From NCBI GenBank assembly GCA_977030845.1, contig OZ365110.1, positions 27,032,001 to 27,096,000 of the forward strand: DNA of 64,000 nt, given 5' to 3'. The position numbers and the translations under genes were made by a program. This document shows positions 1-15,000 of the stretch, piece after piece. This DNA comes from Fimbriosthenelais zetlandica. Lineage: Eukaryota. The notes beneath the pieces were generated by a model that saw only the letters and a program-made list of their open reading frames with translations, did no database searches and was not told where the DNA came from. How positions within the stretch are numbered: position 1 is the first letter of the stretch; the number at the start of each line of letters is the position of its first letter.

Positions 1-1300
1 GGTGTATCCCTTATGATTAAAAGGTCAGTATTTTAGGTCTATGCACTATATGGTAATCTCTTTAATGGACATATAAGGGATTCACTTGTCATATCTTGGC
101 GGAGCCTTTATTTGGCCGTAATATATGTATCGCTGCCCTATTAGGATTTAATTTTCCTGTTGGGATTCATTTGCACGTGACAGAGATGAATGATATTGAT
201 GGCCTTTTTTACGTAAAGAAAGCTTCATTAATTATCACAGAGGACGGTGGAAACGAGGAAGGGATGAGAATGGGATTGGATGTGAAATCCATGCTAAATC
301 TCTCTCAATAGTCTCATGTAAATGTTGCCGTCAGCCCCTACCCCTTCACAGTGCGCTGTGCAGCACTCATAATATATACACGCACATCCTCAGTACAGAT
401 TGTTATTTGACACCTTATACGACCAACAACCTTTTTGCAATCATTTAAAAACAACTTTTAATGAACCAAAATACAAATGGTTATTAGACCATATGTTGAG
501 CAATATTGCTATGGACAGGTCAGACCTGCGAAATAGAATAATTTCCATCCGTTGGCTTTTTTTTTAAATGAAGTAATTTCCAGGAGCATGAGAACGCATC
601 ATATTACTTGCCTGTGAACGATAATAAGCAACAGTTGTTCTATTATGGAAGTAGTATATTCAAAGGTGGTATGGAAAGATACATACATGTACACTTTTCA
701 GTTCATTTTAGATATTAAAATCATGGAAATTGTTGTCCTTGATGCTCAGAGACGCTTTCGGCAAACCCCTTTTTCTCATAGCTGCAGTAAAAAACAGGCC
801 CATGTTTTGAATCGAAAGGGTCACTTTATTTTTCCCTCGCAGAAAATGGGAAATGACATTTGGAATTGCAAGATCAAAGGCCCCTTAGAAGCTGGGGGGA
901 GTCTTTCAAAATTCTCACTTCCATATTTCACAGTGGATGTCAGGGAGGCGATGGCATATTAAATTAATCTACTTCGTTATATCGTTCATTAGTTGGAGCG
1001 GCCAGCCGTGAGAATTACATCCAACCTGCATCTCTCTCAATGCCTTCATTTCTCCCAGGCATCCTACGGCCAAATCTAATTTCTGATTACTTTAATTTTT
1101 TGTCACAGCAGATATAGGTCTATATTTTCGTCTCGCCCTCTCTTTCCACTCAGCCGAGCCATTTCTGCATTCCATGCACCATCATCGTACACACACATAT
1201 ATATAGGCACACCGCGAGGACTAAAATTTTCTGATCATTTCCCAGTCCATTTCCACTTTGGCAAACACTTCGCCGAGGCAAACTGGATCTTTCAATTGAG

Positions 1301-1314
1301 TGAACTACTGACCT
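1301..1314 (-). promoter_or_regulatory. nuclear-receptor DR2 element
   Basis: Minus strand AGGTCA-gt-AGTTCA, both half-sites match RGKTCA. Confidence 0.3.
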
Positions 1315-3120
1315 CGTTAGCTTGTGTTCCGCGGGTCGGTCCTTCGTTTAGGGAGCACTCCTTTCCATATCAATTTGCAATAGCCTGAAGACAAAATTAA
1401 TAATTTAAAATCCAGTACCGGTAAGGGTGCCTATTTCCACTTATTACCCACCCACATTCTTCCCCAAACCTTCATTTATAAAATTAAATGGTCTCCTCCA
1501 TCTAATAGGGTTTACTTCTCTTTAATTTGCCAGCCATTAATGACTTAAAAATAAAACTAAGTCTCTGATTCATCAGCATTCACTAACTTTGCTGAGCTCC
1601 GGAATGGAAAACGATGCAGAGATGGCCGAGTCTATGGAGAGACTTAAAACCAGATCTGATGAAGTTACTTTTGTATTCTTATCACATTTCTTCGGTCTTT
1701 GAAACTCAGTCTGCTGTCAGTGTCCAGTCCAGGAAATCTGAGTAGCCCAGACCTGCTCCTAACAATGAGAGCTGCTCCCTCTTCTCCGATTTCAACAAGA
1801 TAGGAGGATCTCTGCATGGCCGAATTTATGATGGTACAGCACACGACGTGTACCTGATAACCATTTATATATTCTTTAACGTGAATAGATCCCAAATAAA
1901 AATGTCTATATTCTATTCTTAAAGATATTCCCCGTGTAGGCCCTAGTTAAATTATAAATGTTAACAGTTCGTTTGTGACATCTTATAAATTAGTTTGTGA
2001 AATATGTGAATTATTATGAACTTCAAGCTTAATTATGAGAGATATACTAAATAACTGACTCTGATATAGTTAGATTTGATTTGTTCTGCCCATGGGCTTT
2101 ACACAGGCTGGAGGCTGTGATAGAAAAATTACAGGCTGTATACAAGTATAAGAACCACTTGTCAGAACATGAACTGGCGCCAGGCAATTAGTGATGGAAA
2201 TTTAGTGGAAAAGCACCATAATTTGACGCTAATGGAAGTGTGTTCCTGTGCATTTTAAGCGAGTTCAGATGTGCCTAAAGGCTCGTGGACTGTCGTTGCT
2301 TGATAGCCGAGAGCCTATCGTTTGGAATATGCCAAATAACTATGATTGTCAAGCTGCATTTACGTTGACAACAAGTTGTAATTGTCTCTACTTACATTGA
2401 GAGATAGAGAGAGATAAGGGATGTATTTATTCAGTGCTTAATACTGCCATCTCTATATAGTGCTGAGGAGGGCCAGGCTGGAGGATGACAACAATATAAT
2501 GATGATAATGGTTGAGATAATGGTAGGCCTACAATTGAAGCAGGTCCTTCATTTAATTGTCCGGTATTTGCATTGGTTGTTAGTCTCCCCTGGCAAATAT
2601 TGATGAGTTATATATAAAGATGCACTAGCCCAGGAAAGTGGCAATATATGGGCATATGGCCTTGCCGCTGATATGTTTATGTTATACATTAAAATTATGT
2701 TTCCCTATATGCAGGGAAGGGAAGAGTAGCTGAAGCAATTAAGCTTAAAATAGCCTGGATTGCTACATATGACTATCTTGATCCATATTACCCTGGCATG
2801 TTTGCCAAAGTTTTAAGCATAATGCCTTCAACCCCTTTTGCTCTTTTCCTTCCAAACGTCTTCATCTATTTGAATGCAAACATTTTGGATTTCAAAAGGC
2901 CCCATTTTGCAATATTCCATCAAATCAATCTCCAACGTAAACAGCAATTCCAAACTCTCTTTCTTTAAGATCACTTTAATGGATGGTTTAAAAAGGCAAT
3001 TGTTATTATTGAGGCATTATCGGAGATGTTCTTCAACGAGAGTCCTTCTGAGTGGAAGGTAAAAATATTATGAAAATGGCTTGGATGCATTAAGCTAATT
3101 CAAGCAAATTCTCCCCTCAC

Positions 3121-3140
3121 GCCACTTCCCGCCATCTTCC
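3121..3140 (-). promoter_or_regulatory. YY1 + ETS motif
   Basis: Minus strand GGAAGATGGCGGGAAGTGGC: perfect YY1 core AAGATGGCGG (3129-3138) overlapping GGAAGT. Confidence 0.3.
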
Positions 3141-3267
3141 TGTAGCCTGTATCAGGGGAGATAATTGCTGTAGCGAGGCATTTCTCACTGGAGTCTGCAT
3201 GTTTATCATTGTGTGTGAGTCCTGCAGGCCCGAACATGAGGAGCGGGGGGAAGGAAACTGTCCGTAA

Positions 3268-3282
3268 CCCCCCCCCCCCCCC
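3268..3282. repeat. C15 homopolymer
   Basis: Seen directly. Confidence 0.9.
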
Positions 3283-5190
3283 ATTCTCCCCCCCACACAC
3301 CCCGTCTCTTTCTCTTCCACATCCTCCAGGAAGGCAGAAAATGGAAGGTGGGAAGCATGGCCGTGTTGATCTAAAAATCATGGGTCAGTGACAGAGTATG
3401 ACTGGGGATTCTACATCCAATTGGATGTTATACTTAAGTTCACGGGTTGCACTATAGGGAAGCACCCTGGATCCTTATTTTGTATAAAATGTCTTACTAT
3501 AAACCTTGCATTCCTTATGGGATAATACATGACTGTGTATGTACAGAAATTGGTGCTGATATGCAATACAGTGTAATTTAACACCATTTCATTATTGAAA
3601 ATGAAGATGGTTGAAAGGGTTTTGATAATATGAGACTTCAGCCTCAAATTATCATCCTTGTGTTTGTAATCTTCCCTAATCAGTGCTTTTGCAATTTACC
3701 AAGGCCCATTTAGAGACTTTCCTATCCATTATATATGTGAGAAACGTCTTTAGTGTTGGTATGGTAGTTGTCTTCTTGATGATTTCCTATACCTATGACT
3801 ATAGCTACAAATCATTTGCGCAGGTGTGCCAATTAAGAAGGATTATGACAAATTAAGGCGACAAAATACATGCTGCCTTCATTGATTTCTCCCGGCAGGC
3901 ACCCTTTATATGAGACGTTTTTGGTTTATGGTTATAGCTCAGAGAATCACTGGAGGCACATAAATAAAAAAACTACTCTTTTGTCGCAAAACAGAGGACT
4001 GAGCAAAATCATTGTATTATACAATGTAGTGCCAAGAATTATAACGTAATTTAAGCGTCATTGCTTAACTCTAACAAGGCTTAGGCTAACATCTCTTTGG
4101 GACTTTGACACTGATTTCTGGGTCATGAAAGGCAGTGCAATGTACATGAACTTGGGGAGGACCTTCTTTGTCAATATGTCCAGGTTCCATTGTCCGTGAG
4201 ACATGACATTGAAAGCCTCATTAATGTCCACACGTATACCCGCTCAACTCCAGGGACCTGTTTCATAAGGAAGATGTGCTACATTAGCCCAAAGCCTTAT
4301 CATCCGCTAATGTGCCACATCCGGGCTTTGATTGTGCTGACCTAAACCTTGATCCCTTTTACCACACATGAAGCAGGAACAATCGCCTGCTCTTCTGGCT
4401 TTTCCTATCTATTGCTTATGTCATCCCCTGATCAAGCTATAAACATAATAAGGCCCAATTTACAATAATTTGTTCAAGAATCCTCATGGCAATTGATGGC
4501 CAAGCATTTTCTTGGGCTAAGCCTCATTAGCTGCTCGGCATGACCGTTTTACGTGGCATTCACCAGTGAGGAGGTTATATCATAAATTGACCACCATGTG
4601 ATATGGAAATGTCAGACTATGATGCCCCCTTCTACCTGTCTGTCCTTGACTTTAATTGTAACTGACCTGATATGTAGTCATTATGGGAAATGCTGGGAGG
4701 CGTTAATACTCTTTAAGTGAAGAAACTCATTGTCCACTTATAGGCCTATATATACATAGACAATAACCGGAGACAGTAGTCTACAGGTGAACGGCTCCAT
4801 GACACCTGAAGCTAATCATTCTCTCTACATCCTCATCTCTTGCCTCAAGCTAAATTGATCAACTCTACTGGGACTTGCTTGCCTTCCGCAGGCCATCTGT
4901 GAGAAACCAATTTGTGTTGATTTACAAGTTCAACTCGGGGTTCAGTGTTGCTCACCCAGTTCAATTTGTCATGGCAAACTCAGGAAACCATTGAAACTCC
5001 TGGAAAACAATAGAAATTTCAGTTATAAATTATTTCTGGCTCGATAATCATGCTGATAAATCATATTCATATTAAGATAATTGTATTTGCCTTCAAATGT
5101 TACCTGCGTGCAAATCTTGTGGATTCATACTATAATATGATTATAACTGAGATGTTAGTAGAACGATTTTTCCAAGACACCCAGAAATAA

Positions 5191-5203
5191 TGCCACCTGT
5201 TGG
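5191..5203 (-). promoter_or_regulatory. CTCF-like motif
   Basis: Minus strand CCAACAGGTGGCA vs core CCASYAGRKGGCR. Confidence 0.25.
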
Positions 5204-8200
5204 TTTACTCGGCAGAGTTGGATGACTAAGTACTAAACAGAATGATGTTCCCTGTTAACGAACTTTGACACTTACCACCTAGCCACCATTGTCACTTTCC
5301 CATAAAACCCATTATCATTACTATGTAAGTGTCATTTTTTATGACGTGCCGAACAAAAGCATGTCAAGTATTGATGACAGGTTACTATTGTGATTTTATA
5401 AGAAAGTCTTGACACAAATCAGTGAGTCTCCCCTACTTATCCTTTATGTACCTAACCCGGGTCTTCTGGGGAAGCAGAGTACCACTAATAGGCCGAGTAT
5501 GGAACAGTGATGAATTTTTCATTATTTTCTATGGGGAAACCTTGGGGAAATTATGGTCACCATTTTCCCTGTGAACTCACGAGCCATGAATAGCATACAG
5601 AATGCAGGAGGAGGTGGATGGAGAGAGGAAGGCAGGAGAGGCTGAGGCTGACAGAGCCCGTTTCTCATTATTCCCTATGAGGTCTTAACACCAGACTTCC
5701 GTTTGGGCCCATGGCAGCCTTTTGGAGCTTTAATCCCCCATCATCTCAGCTAGGAGGCGGGTAAAGCCGAGCACCTCAAGAGGAGAATAGAGCAACTCAC
5801 AACCCTCAGAGGGATGCACTATGTCTCTTACCAATCAGCAGGCTGGGCTGGCTTACGGCTAGAAATACCTTGGAATTGAGACTTGGCCATGAGCCGGGCT
5901 GATCATTATTAGAATGGCATGAAGGATCAACCTGGCAGCTGTGTATCAGCATAACCCCCAGCACAGTTACATTGACAGTATGAAGTCCGCCCAGGTCTAT
6001 TGGCTGGCTTTAAGCGCGAGCTGTACTGGGACCTTGGCCACCAATGATTAATCATGAGGAAATAGATTCTGAACATGGCATCAGATAAAGGTGTCATCTT
6101 CAACTACACCATGACCTTAATTTAGCTGGCCATCTGAAGGTTCCATCTCCATAAATTACCCCATATAATACCTGGCTTATGGGTCTAGATAGTATATAAA
6201 ACACCTTCCCTGCCTCAGCTGCACAACAGTGTACTGACGATCACCTCATAATATGACAGGTGCTTGTAAATTCTATTAGTATCTGGCTTCCTTTACGATT
6301 GCTCGTGGGGCCCGGCCATTTGTCAACAGGGACCACATGTCCACATACGTCCCAGTTCAGCTGGCATGGGGCTAGAAATCACATCTAAAATGCCATCTTG
6401 AGACGTATAACAAGGCATGAGTCAGCCTTGGTGGTATTCACACAGCTTTCAGAGCAGCTTTAAGTAGACACAGGCCCTGACTTTGCTCCGGTCCGCCATC
6501 ACAATTCATTAAATTCCAGCCTGCAGAGTTGTGCAGGATAAGGTGACTAGCCAAGGCTTCTCCCCTGCTGGGGCCTGGACTTACGGTCTTCTCAGGAGGC
6601 ATCTGAGGGGTCAGGGAGTAATGGTCCTGTCGCTGTACCTCCACAGCCAATCCTACCCCCATCCTGTTTACCCATGCCGGTCAGACTAACTGCATATTCA
6701 GGGGTTGTTAGTGCTCTGTGCAGTAGGACATAAAGTCTGGGCTTGGCTATAGCTCCTCTTGAACAACTTCAGCCTCTCTCCAAGATAATAGCTTCCAACT
6801 ACCATGACTATTTTCCACTGATCAGATGGACTAATTGAACATTTTCTTGCTAGTTTTTGTATAAATTTTATATAGGTATTCTTGAGAAAACACATTATTT
6901 AAATTAATATTTGCACCTGCATTATGAATCTAAAACAACCATTCTATTTTGTGCTGAGTGAACTTGAAACCGAATTAATAATACCTGTCAACTATATATA
7001 GTCCTCAATGAGTGGTATCGCTGAGTAATAGTAGTAGGAATCCTGGCATTAGACATGAAACACTAGAGCCGTCATATATGTCATTCCATCTTATGATGCT
7101 ATAGTAACATTTAAATATAAGGTTCTTGGAAAATGAGTTAATTCTGACAATTACATGTCTGACAAGATAAAAAGAGATGCGTGAGTCTTTAATTCTTATT
7201 ATAGCTTTGGAAAGATGAGTTGAGCGTTTTTGGAACTAAAGAGATCCTGAAAATTGCATATGAAAAATATATATAGGCTGATTATTTTGTTTCCTTCCAT
7301 GAAGTCTTCACTGAAGATTACCTGGAAGTCATTCTGAAATGACATCAAGTTTTAAATAAGGACACGTCGTTAAAGACAAGTAATTCACATCTAATTTCAG
7401 CCTGTATTTGCCGTAATTAAACTTATTTAACTTCCGCTAACATAACAAATGAGCAGTGAAGTTGCCTCAAATACATCACTTTCCTTACAGTAATTACATA
7501 CCCAAAGGAAAAACCAAGTGGGAATGTTGCAATTGGGAAGATAATTGATTATGTAATTGGAATAATTACAAGGTTTCATTAATCGGATGAGATTGGAGGG
7601 GCATTTTATCTAATGTATACTTAGCATAAAAGTGGGGCATCAGAAATAATTTAACCAACCTGAAGGCTCCTCCCTTTTCTGTCAGGGAGTAATTCTTTCA
7701 TCTTGCAGTGGCTTCTGACTTTTTAAAAGCCTTTGAACTCAGTGTGAACGCATGGAGAGGACTCGTCTCCGGTTAGAGGCCGGCACAGCCACGTGCTGCT
7801 TTTAACTTTTGTATGCAGCACGATTAGTGGAATGGTGTTCCTATGGACTGCAAGGAAGTTGGAGGGGTCTGAATGATGTCGTTTTATAATCGCTTCGATA
7901 GGAGTCTAGTCAACCAGAATTACGTGATTAGCGCGGTCGTAATTTGGCTGGAGTAACAGCAGGGTGGGAGATCAGAGAGAGACAGATCTGAAACGATGCT
8001 TGCTTCTCATCATGGGGAGAGCCTGAAAGCACGCCACGGAAGGAATTACAAAGGTACACATTGAAAGACTTGAATCAGGTGAATCTAGGGGAAGGAAAGG
8101 AGGGTGGAGGTGGTCTGGGTGACTTGAGGCGTTGGGCTGCTATATTATCAGAATCAGAAGAAATAATGCTTACTCATCTTGGCAATGTCCCCCTAGGGCC

Positions 8201-11200
8201 CTGCTTGGAGGTTGGGGCTTGTCATAAGAGTCTTCCTTTGCTGACATGTTACACACATCAAAATGTCCTTTAATGACCATATTTCTTGTACTAATGGTCC
8301 CTATCTTACCAATCTCCCTCTAATTAACGTCCATCTGCCCAGGGAAAAATGGCCGCAGCTCTTTAAGGTACAGATAAAGGTATGCCTCCAATATGGATAA
8401 ACCTACTCTCAGCAACACTTACTAACAGCATTGGTTATAAATTTCATGAGAATGACATTGGAATGCATAATCACATAATAAGCATGCCTAGATAATTATG
8501 TCAGATTCAGATATCAATTCACCCCCTCCAAACAGGGCGATGATAGAACATTCGGGATGAAAGAGACACCTCCCATTCAACCATTTAAAAAATCATTCTC
8601 AAAGACCAGATACACGTGCTTTCACTCGAGGCTGTCTTTCTATGCGTCTTTCTCGACATCTCTGCTTTGCTTTGTAAACACTTCCATCTTTTAAGTTGGA
8701 AGGGAAGGAAGAAAAAAAATAAAATGAAATAAAATATAATAGCTGCCACATTCCATGCATAACAAGTTGAGAAAGATGTCACCAACTGAGAGATGAAGTA
8801 TGTGTGAGGCTTGGACGTTTGGATGATTACACTTGCCACTGCTTCAGGCCATAAAATCCATAGAGCAACTCAAGTCAAAGCAAAGCTTTCAGTAGGCCTT
8901 TTGAAACCTGTCCTTTTCCTACCTCTATATAACACTCTGGAAAATGTCTTGCTTATTCTTTAATGTACTGAACTAATGTTAAAACAATGTCATCAAGAAA
9001 CTCTGATGGATTGATGAAGGAAATATAATGTAAAACTTCTTTGTTCTATCACCTTAGTTGAAGGCATATCCAAAAATGTTACGTTTTTGACAGAGAATGC
9101 AAATGTTTTTTTGCCTTCCATTTTAACAAAAGGTTGTAGACCTTTGTTAGAACTACTAATCCTGTTGGATATAGGAGACACGTTTTCCCAACTATATCTG
9201 ACCTTTAGGTCTGTACAACTTTAGGGTTTACCTGGCGCATACAAAGGCATTTTAATCCCCTTGAAACATTGATGCTTTACTGCAGAACCCTCTGCACATT
9301 CAGCCATGATGTAGGCTAGTCAAGCCTTCAAATAGCGCTTAGTTTGGGTTCAAGTTCTCTTCCTGCTTGTATTTGAGATGGTGACAGTTTACTCTGGCAC
9401 ATGACAGCTTCCCACTTCCTGTCTCAGGTTAGAATTTGCATTAAACCTAAGGTCATACATTGAAAAAAGCCATCAACTATGCCGATACAACAATACGCCG
9501 ACAGGCTACATTGAAAAGGGATTTTTGTTACTTTTATGAATATTGCATCCCTTGTCACTCAGTGAAATAAAACATTGCTCAAGATAAAGTTTCTTTACAT
9601 GTGAGTAAGAGGAATATCCTATAAACTATTAGAAGCATGAACAGTTTTTATAAGTTATAGGTTTCTTGAGTTTAAATCTTCTGACTGCTGCTATACCGTT
9701 CATTTTCTCAGCTTTGATCTGTTATCTCAAGGCATTGCTTTAACAAAAAAAATGTTACAATATATCATAAATTACGATCATGTACACAGTATATACTTTG
9801 ATTTTGATGTAGACATATCCCATTCAAGTCTGATGAAACCTATATAGCTCATTTTCATAACTATAAATTTCTAAATTACATTACTGTTTTCTTTTGTATC
9901 ACTTAGATTATTAGCAATATTTATAATACAAAGATATCTGATTAACAACCTCTTAAGAAGCAATATTACTTTAATATTGATTTTGCAGATGTTATTTTCT
10001 TAGAAAGTAACTGAATATTGAGGACAAATAATTGTTACATGTATCCTGTGTGTTAAATAATATTATGTAGGCCAAACAGGAGATCAGGTTCTCTGTATGT
10101 ACTCTGGCCAGACTGGCAGTTCTGTCCCATCATATTCCGTGACAGTGTCTGTGAGGGGTCAGGTGTGGGTAGTTTTGGCCATCATCAGTAGGATTAGATA
10201 GGCCTGAATGTACACACACATCCGCCCAGGCCAACACCCAACCTGCCAATTAATGAGACAGCCTGAGATCTCAGCAATTCATTCACACCCCACCCCTCCT
10301 ACCAATGTAGCCAAGGCTGGAGGCTCATTTGTCAGTCGGACTGACATTTGAAAAAAGAAATCACTTTACCAAAAAGAAACGTATAGGCCTAGACTTACAA
10401 GGAAATGTATTATATTTATTCCCTATAATGACATGCTAAAATAGTACGTAATTTCTTTAAAATGTCTTCAGCTCGCGAATGAAAATTTCCTCTTAAGATG
10501 GCAACAAAATTTTAGCGAGATTCATAAAATTGACTGAGCATTCCGAGAGCAACTATTTCCCGAGTGAGATCAAAACACTTAAAAAGGAAATTCATAAAAA
10601 GGACAAATTGCCTGGCTAATGTTTGTGTTTAAGTCAGACTACCATGTTGATTTTTCATGAGTGAGAGGCAGGTGCCTCTCCCCAGTCGTGTGATAACAAT
10701 ATTGTGGACAGCAGCTGGTGGACTGAGGCTCCGCTTAACACAATTCAGCCTCCCGCCGATCCAGAGCAACGATCCCAATCTCATCTCCCCTCGTCTCCAT
10801 CACATAAGAACCAGAGCGAAAGAAAATGATTAAACCTTGCGACAGATGGCAACGATCATTCACCTATCTGAACATGGACCATTTTTTCTCGCGATTAGAT
10901 GGATTTAATTCTTGCATAATATAAAGAATATGGATGATTGTCAGCAAGGGTGAAATGAGAGGAGCATAAGGAAGTGAGAGAAGTGGAGTTTTTGAGAGGA
11001 AGAGAAGAGTTTTGGTTTTGGGGAGGAAGAATTCATGGGTGAGATGTACCTAACATCAGTTATTATAGGACGAGGCCTGTTCATATAAAGTTTGGGTATC
11101 GTCTGGAGAATGCATTTAGCCATTCCCAAAGACGAAAATGCGGACCAGAGTGACTATAATCTGTATAAGTGGTATTAGAATATGCTCATTACAAGTTGAG

Positions 11201-12061
11201 TTGGATAATCGAGAATCACTCATTCTATTCACCTTCGTTTTTGTTTAGCTGATAGACAGTGTTCCCCCTATCCATTAACGACACGCAAGATCAATCGTTC
11301 TTCACAGTATTTCTGTATGAACGATGAAAATACGAAGAGATAATTTTATTACAGCTTGGTAAAGAATCAATTAGAGAAGGGCTTTTCTTACTCCCTGTTT
11401 GCTGGATGTCAGAATCAAACATTAATCAATATCCCTCTCCCTGTTTTCCCCTTCTCCCTTTTTGAGCTCTCAATTTATCACAGGCACCAAGTGTTCCGGA
11501 GGAGTGTCAAACTCTGCTTGCAATTGCCCAAAAGGCCCCACCCCTTCATAAATCCACAATGTGTGACTGGCTGACAAAGGTTTATGTGGGATACAATATG
11601 TTTTCTATAGCCATCCCAGCCTTTGGCCTCCAATGATCGCTCCCTCTCACATGTTCCGATCATTGGCAGAGACCTCTGCTGTTTAATTAAATCTTTGTCT
11701 CCAGTGGTCGTGCGCGCAGTTTTTTTTATCCTCTCGTGGCTGATGTTGAGCTGGAGATGGGAATGGCACCGCTGAGATTTGAGATGATAATGAGAGCTGA
11801 TGATTGGGCGTCTGTGGACGCAGCTTTATGCTCGGGGGTGATAATGAATCGCTGCGGAGAAATCTGACAGTTCTAATGGCACTGCTAAGAGCCATTTCCG
11901 GCTAAGGCGTGTATCATCAAATGTTAGCCGCACACAATGCTTTCCATACACCAAGAGCATTGTTCCCATATTATCTTGTTTTTGTGGTCATGGTTATCAT
12001 CTATATTTGGAACCCTCTCCATGTGTTACCTTTTAATAAATGATAAATGGTTATGCTTCAT

Positions 12062-12075
12062 AGTTCATGAGTTCA
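12062..12075 (+). promoter_or_regulatory. nuclear-receptor DR2 element
   Basis: AGTTCA-tg-AGTTCA. Also explicable as an 8-bp tandem duplication. Confidence 0.2.
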
Positions 12076-15000
12076 TGACAGATTTGATTGAATTGAATTA
12101 CAGATGTAGTACCTATAGCCTTCTAACACTAAATACATATGAAATGGAAAATGATGTGGCAATCCGTCTTTTGGTATGGCCATGAGAACGATTTGATTAT
12201 TGACCTCCTTAATGTTCCTAATCATTAATCAAGCCATTGTTTATTTTCAACGGTTCACAGATCTGACTTTTGGTTGCTGTTTGCAGTGTGCTGTTCTTTA
12301 CAGCTGCTCCGGCATTCTTCCGGAGTCAAACGTCTGTTCTCGAGGTTCTAGCCCACTTTCTCGTGTAAAAAAAAATCTGCAGATTAATTCATTTTCTGGA
12401 ACAATGAATGAAGACATGATGTATGGGATAGAGGGAAAAGCAGGCCTGGCCATGGTAATGAAGTGGGTCGGCCTGTGTTGGAGTCCTTGGATGATGGTGG
12501 AGCAGCGTGAAATAATGAAGTATTGAAGCAGTACCAGGACTCGAGAAATGTCATATTAATACCCATCTTCCCATATTATTGTACTACATGCACCTGTCAT
12601 TCTCTCCCACCCAGGTCTACATGTATACCTGTCAATTCCTTCCACTCAAATTAATTACAAAGCAAATCTTACCGACCAATCAATTGTGCGATTATTGGAA
12701 CGTTATATAAATATTGTACAGTATCATCAATGATTCTAGGTTTATATTAGGTAAATATTAGGTTTCATAAATTTACGTCACATTAATACTACCCTAAGTC
12801 CTTAATAATGCATCTTTTCAAAGCTCACCCCTTACCCTTTTAACGATAAAATACATTATACCCCTACCGTCTATGAACATCTTCTTTGGCCAGAGTAGAT
12901 GCTTCTCGATTGCCCCAGGGTTCTCTCTATACTGGGAGAGATCTCCTCCCTTGGTGACCCTGCATGGCCAGAGACAAGAGAGGTAAATACCTTAGCAATA
13001 GAGCCCCAGTGAAAATGAGACGGGCAGACATGATGCCCAATGACACTGACTGATATCATCTCCGAGCCAACCTGATAGATGGCGCTTCAAATGACCTCAG
13101 GAAGCTATATAAATGCCAAGGTCACGAAGGGAATATGATAAGGTCAGATCGAGTTGAAGTGGAGGTAACACCACCCTCCCACCCAACTACCATCTTGGTA
13201 CAGTGTGCATACCATATTCAACATCACTCTAAATCTCTTAAGCTCTCTCCACTATAGTTCACCAAGTATCTCCATTGCCTAATGATATTTAATGGCCTCA
13301 GGTACTCGTATATAATACTCTAAGATCCTTCCGCAGATAAACCATAGAAGCTGGTTGTGAAACATACTGAATTTCATTAATATTTTTATCCCAGCAATTC
13401 CATCTTGGTCTACCCTTGCAGCAAGCCTGGGGGTTGTGCGTACATGTACAGTCCAGTCAGCTCAACATTATTTTTTCAATCCCATTGGTTTAACATCCTT
13501 TCCGTGGAATGATTTTGCCTAATGACTCCTCGCTGGTGGCCTCCGTTCCACACCAAGTGACCGGCCATTACATTAGGTAGACAATGGTAAATCTAATATT
13601 GAGGGTCATAATCACTGGCTGGCAGACCTTCTACCATCGATCCCAGCTCTGACCCTCTAAGGATCCCCCAGGGCAACTCATCTCTTTTTTGCCTCTATCC
13701 CACCTCAGATGTTGGCTCTCTGGGGGACATTGAAGCCTTATTTGGCTGGCCCAAAGGACTGAATCTGTCCTCAGGTGATATGTGTTCTTTTTTTTTCTTG
13801 AGTGGTTGCAGTGCAGTACACAACTGTGAGCTATGCTCCAATTCACCTCAATCATTGGCTCTGTATACAAACAACTAATTGATAATCGATTCTACCTGTC
13901 CCTTCTCTCTCTTTTGCTTCTCCAAACCCACATCATCCTTACATCTTAATTCCTCCCTTTAACCCTCATTTGAGTTAATTTAGAGCCTTTGCTCGATTTT
14001 ATTACCCACTTTTTGAAATTGAAAAGATTGAGGAGTTTTAACTTCATTTTAGCTAATAATTGCCATGCAGGCCCAATGCAAAATTTAATATTTGATTTTT
14101 GGGGGATATAAATGAATGCAAATATCGATCCAAGTGTGAATGAGTCTGATATGAACGAGGCCTAAAAGAGGCAGTACCAGCCACTCTAGCATGGAAAACA
14201 CACGCAGACATATCGCCTTTGATCTGGCGGCATATCATCTTGGTGAAAGGAAGATAATAGCGGATCTAGAAGGCAGATTGATTGAGTGACCTTCTAGGCG
14301 TGTAGAGTCTGGTCAATGACGACAGCTCATACACAGACAAATATCTTCTCCCTATCCACACTGAATCAATATACCTCAACTTATATCAACACAAATACTT
14401 TCATCAAGTATTGCCTGCCAATCATCGTAGTCTTCCTCATTTTTTTTATGAAATAATTCATCCTTTATTCATAAAGAAATGTGTTCATCCATGTACATTT
14501 TACTTGGTTGCAACAAAATATTTTCACGATGTTACTGTTCAGTTTCACAACCATATACATTGATCTATGTATTGTATTCTGAGCCGGCTAAATTTACTCT
14601 GGCAAGCGAGTATGCTTCAATAATTAATGTGTATGTAGGAGTCGTTTCATTACTTTGCGCGTGATTAAAACAAGTGCAAAAAGGCTAGTGTTATCAAATG
14701 AACCTCCATGTGGTGAATGAGGAATGGTTGGGACGAGAACATACATACAATGTGTCACAAGTTCAAGGACGAAGCCTTAATTGCTGAAAATACTTCATTA
14801 AATATAGCTCACGGGACATTAGGGGATAAAGAAAGTTTACCAGATGATTAATTAAAGGGCTATATAATGCTCCACTAATTAACAAGCCCTACCTTTAATG
14901 ATAAGTATTTTTTCATCATCTTATTTGTCCGTGTTAACTCTTGCCTGCAGTCTTTCATCAGACAGGATATTAAATGATTACTAACACAAGATATGGATAT

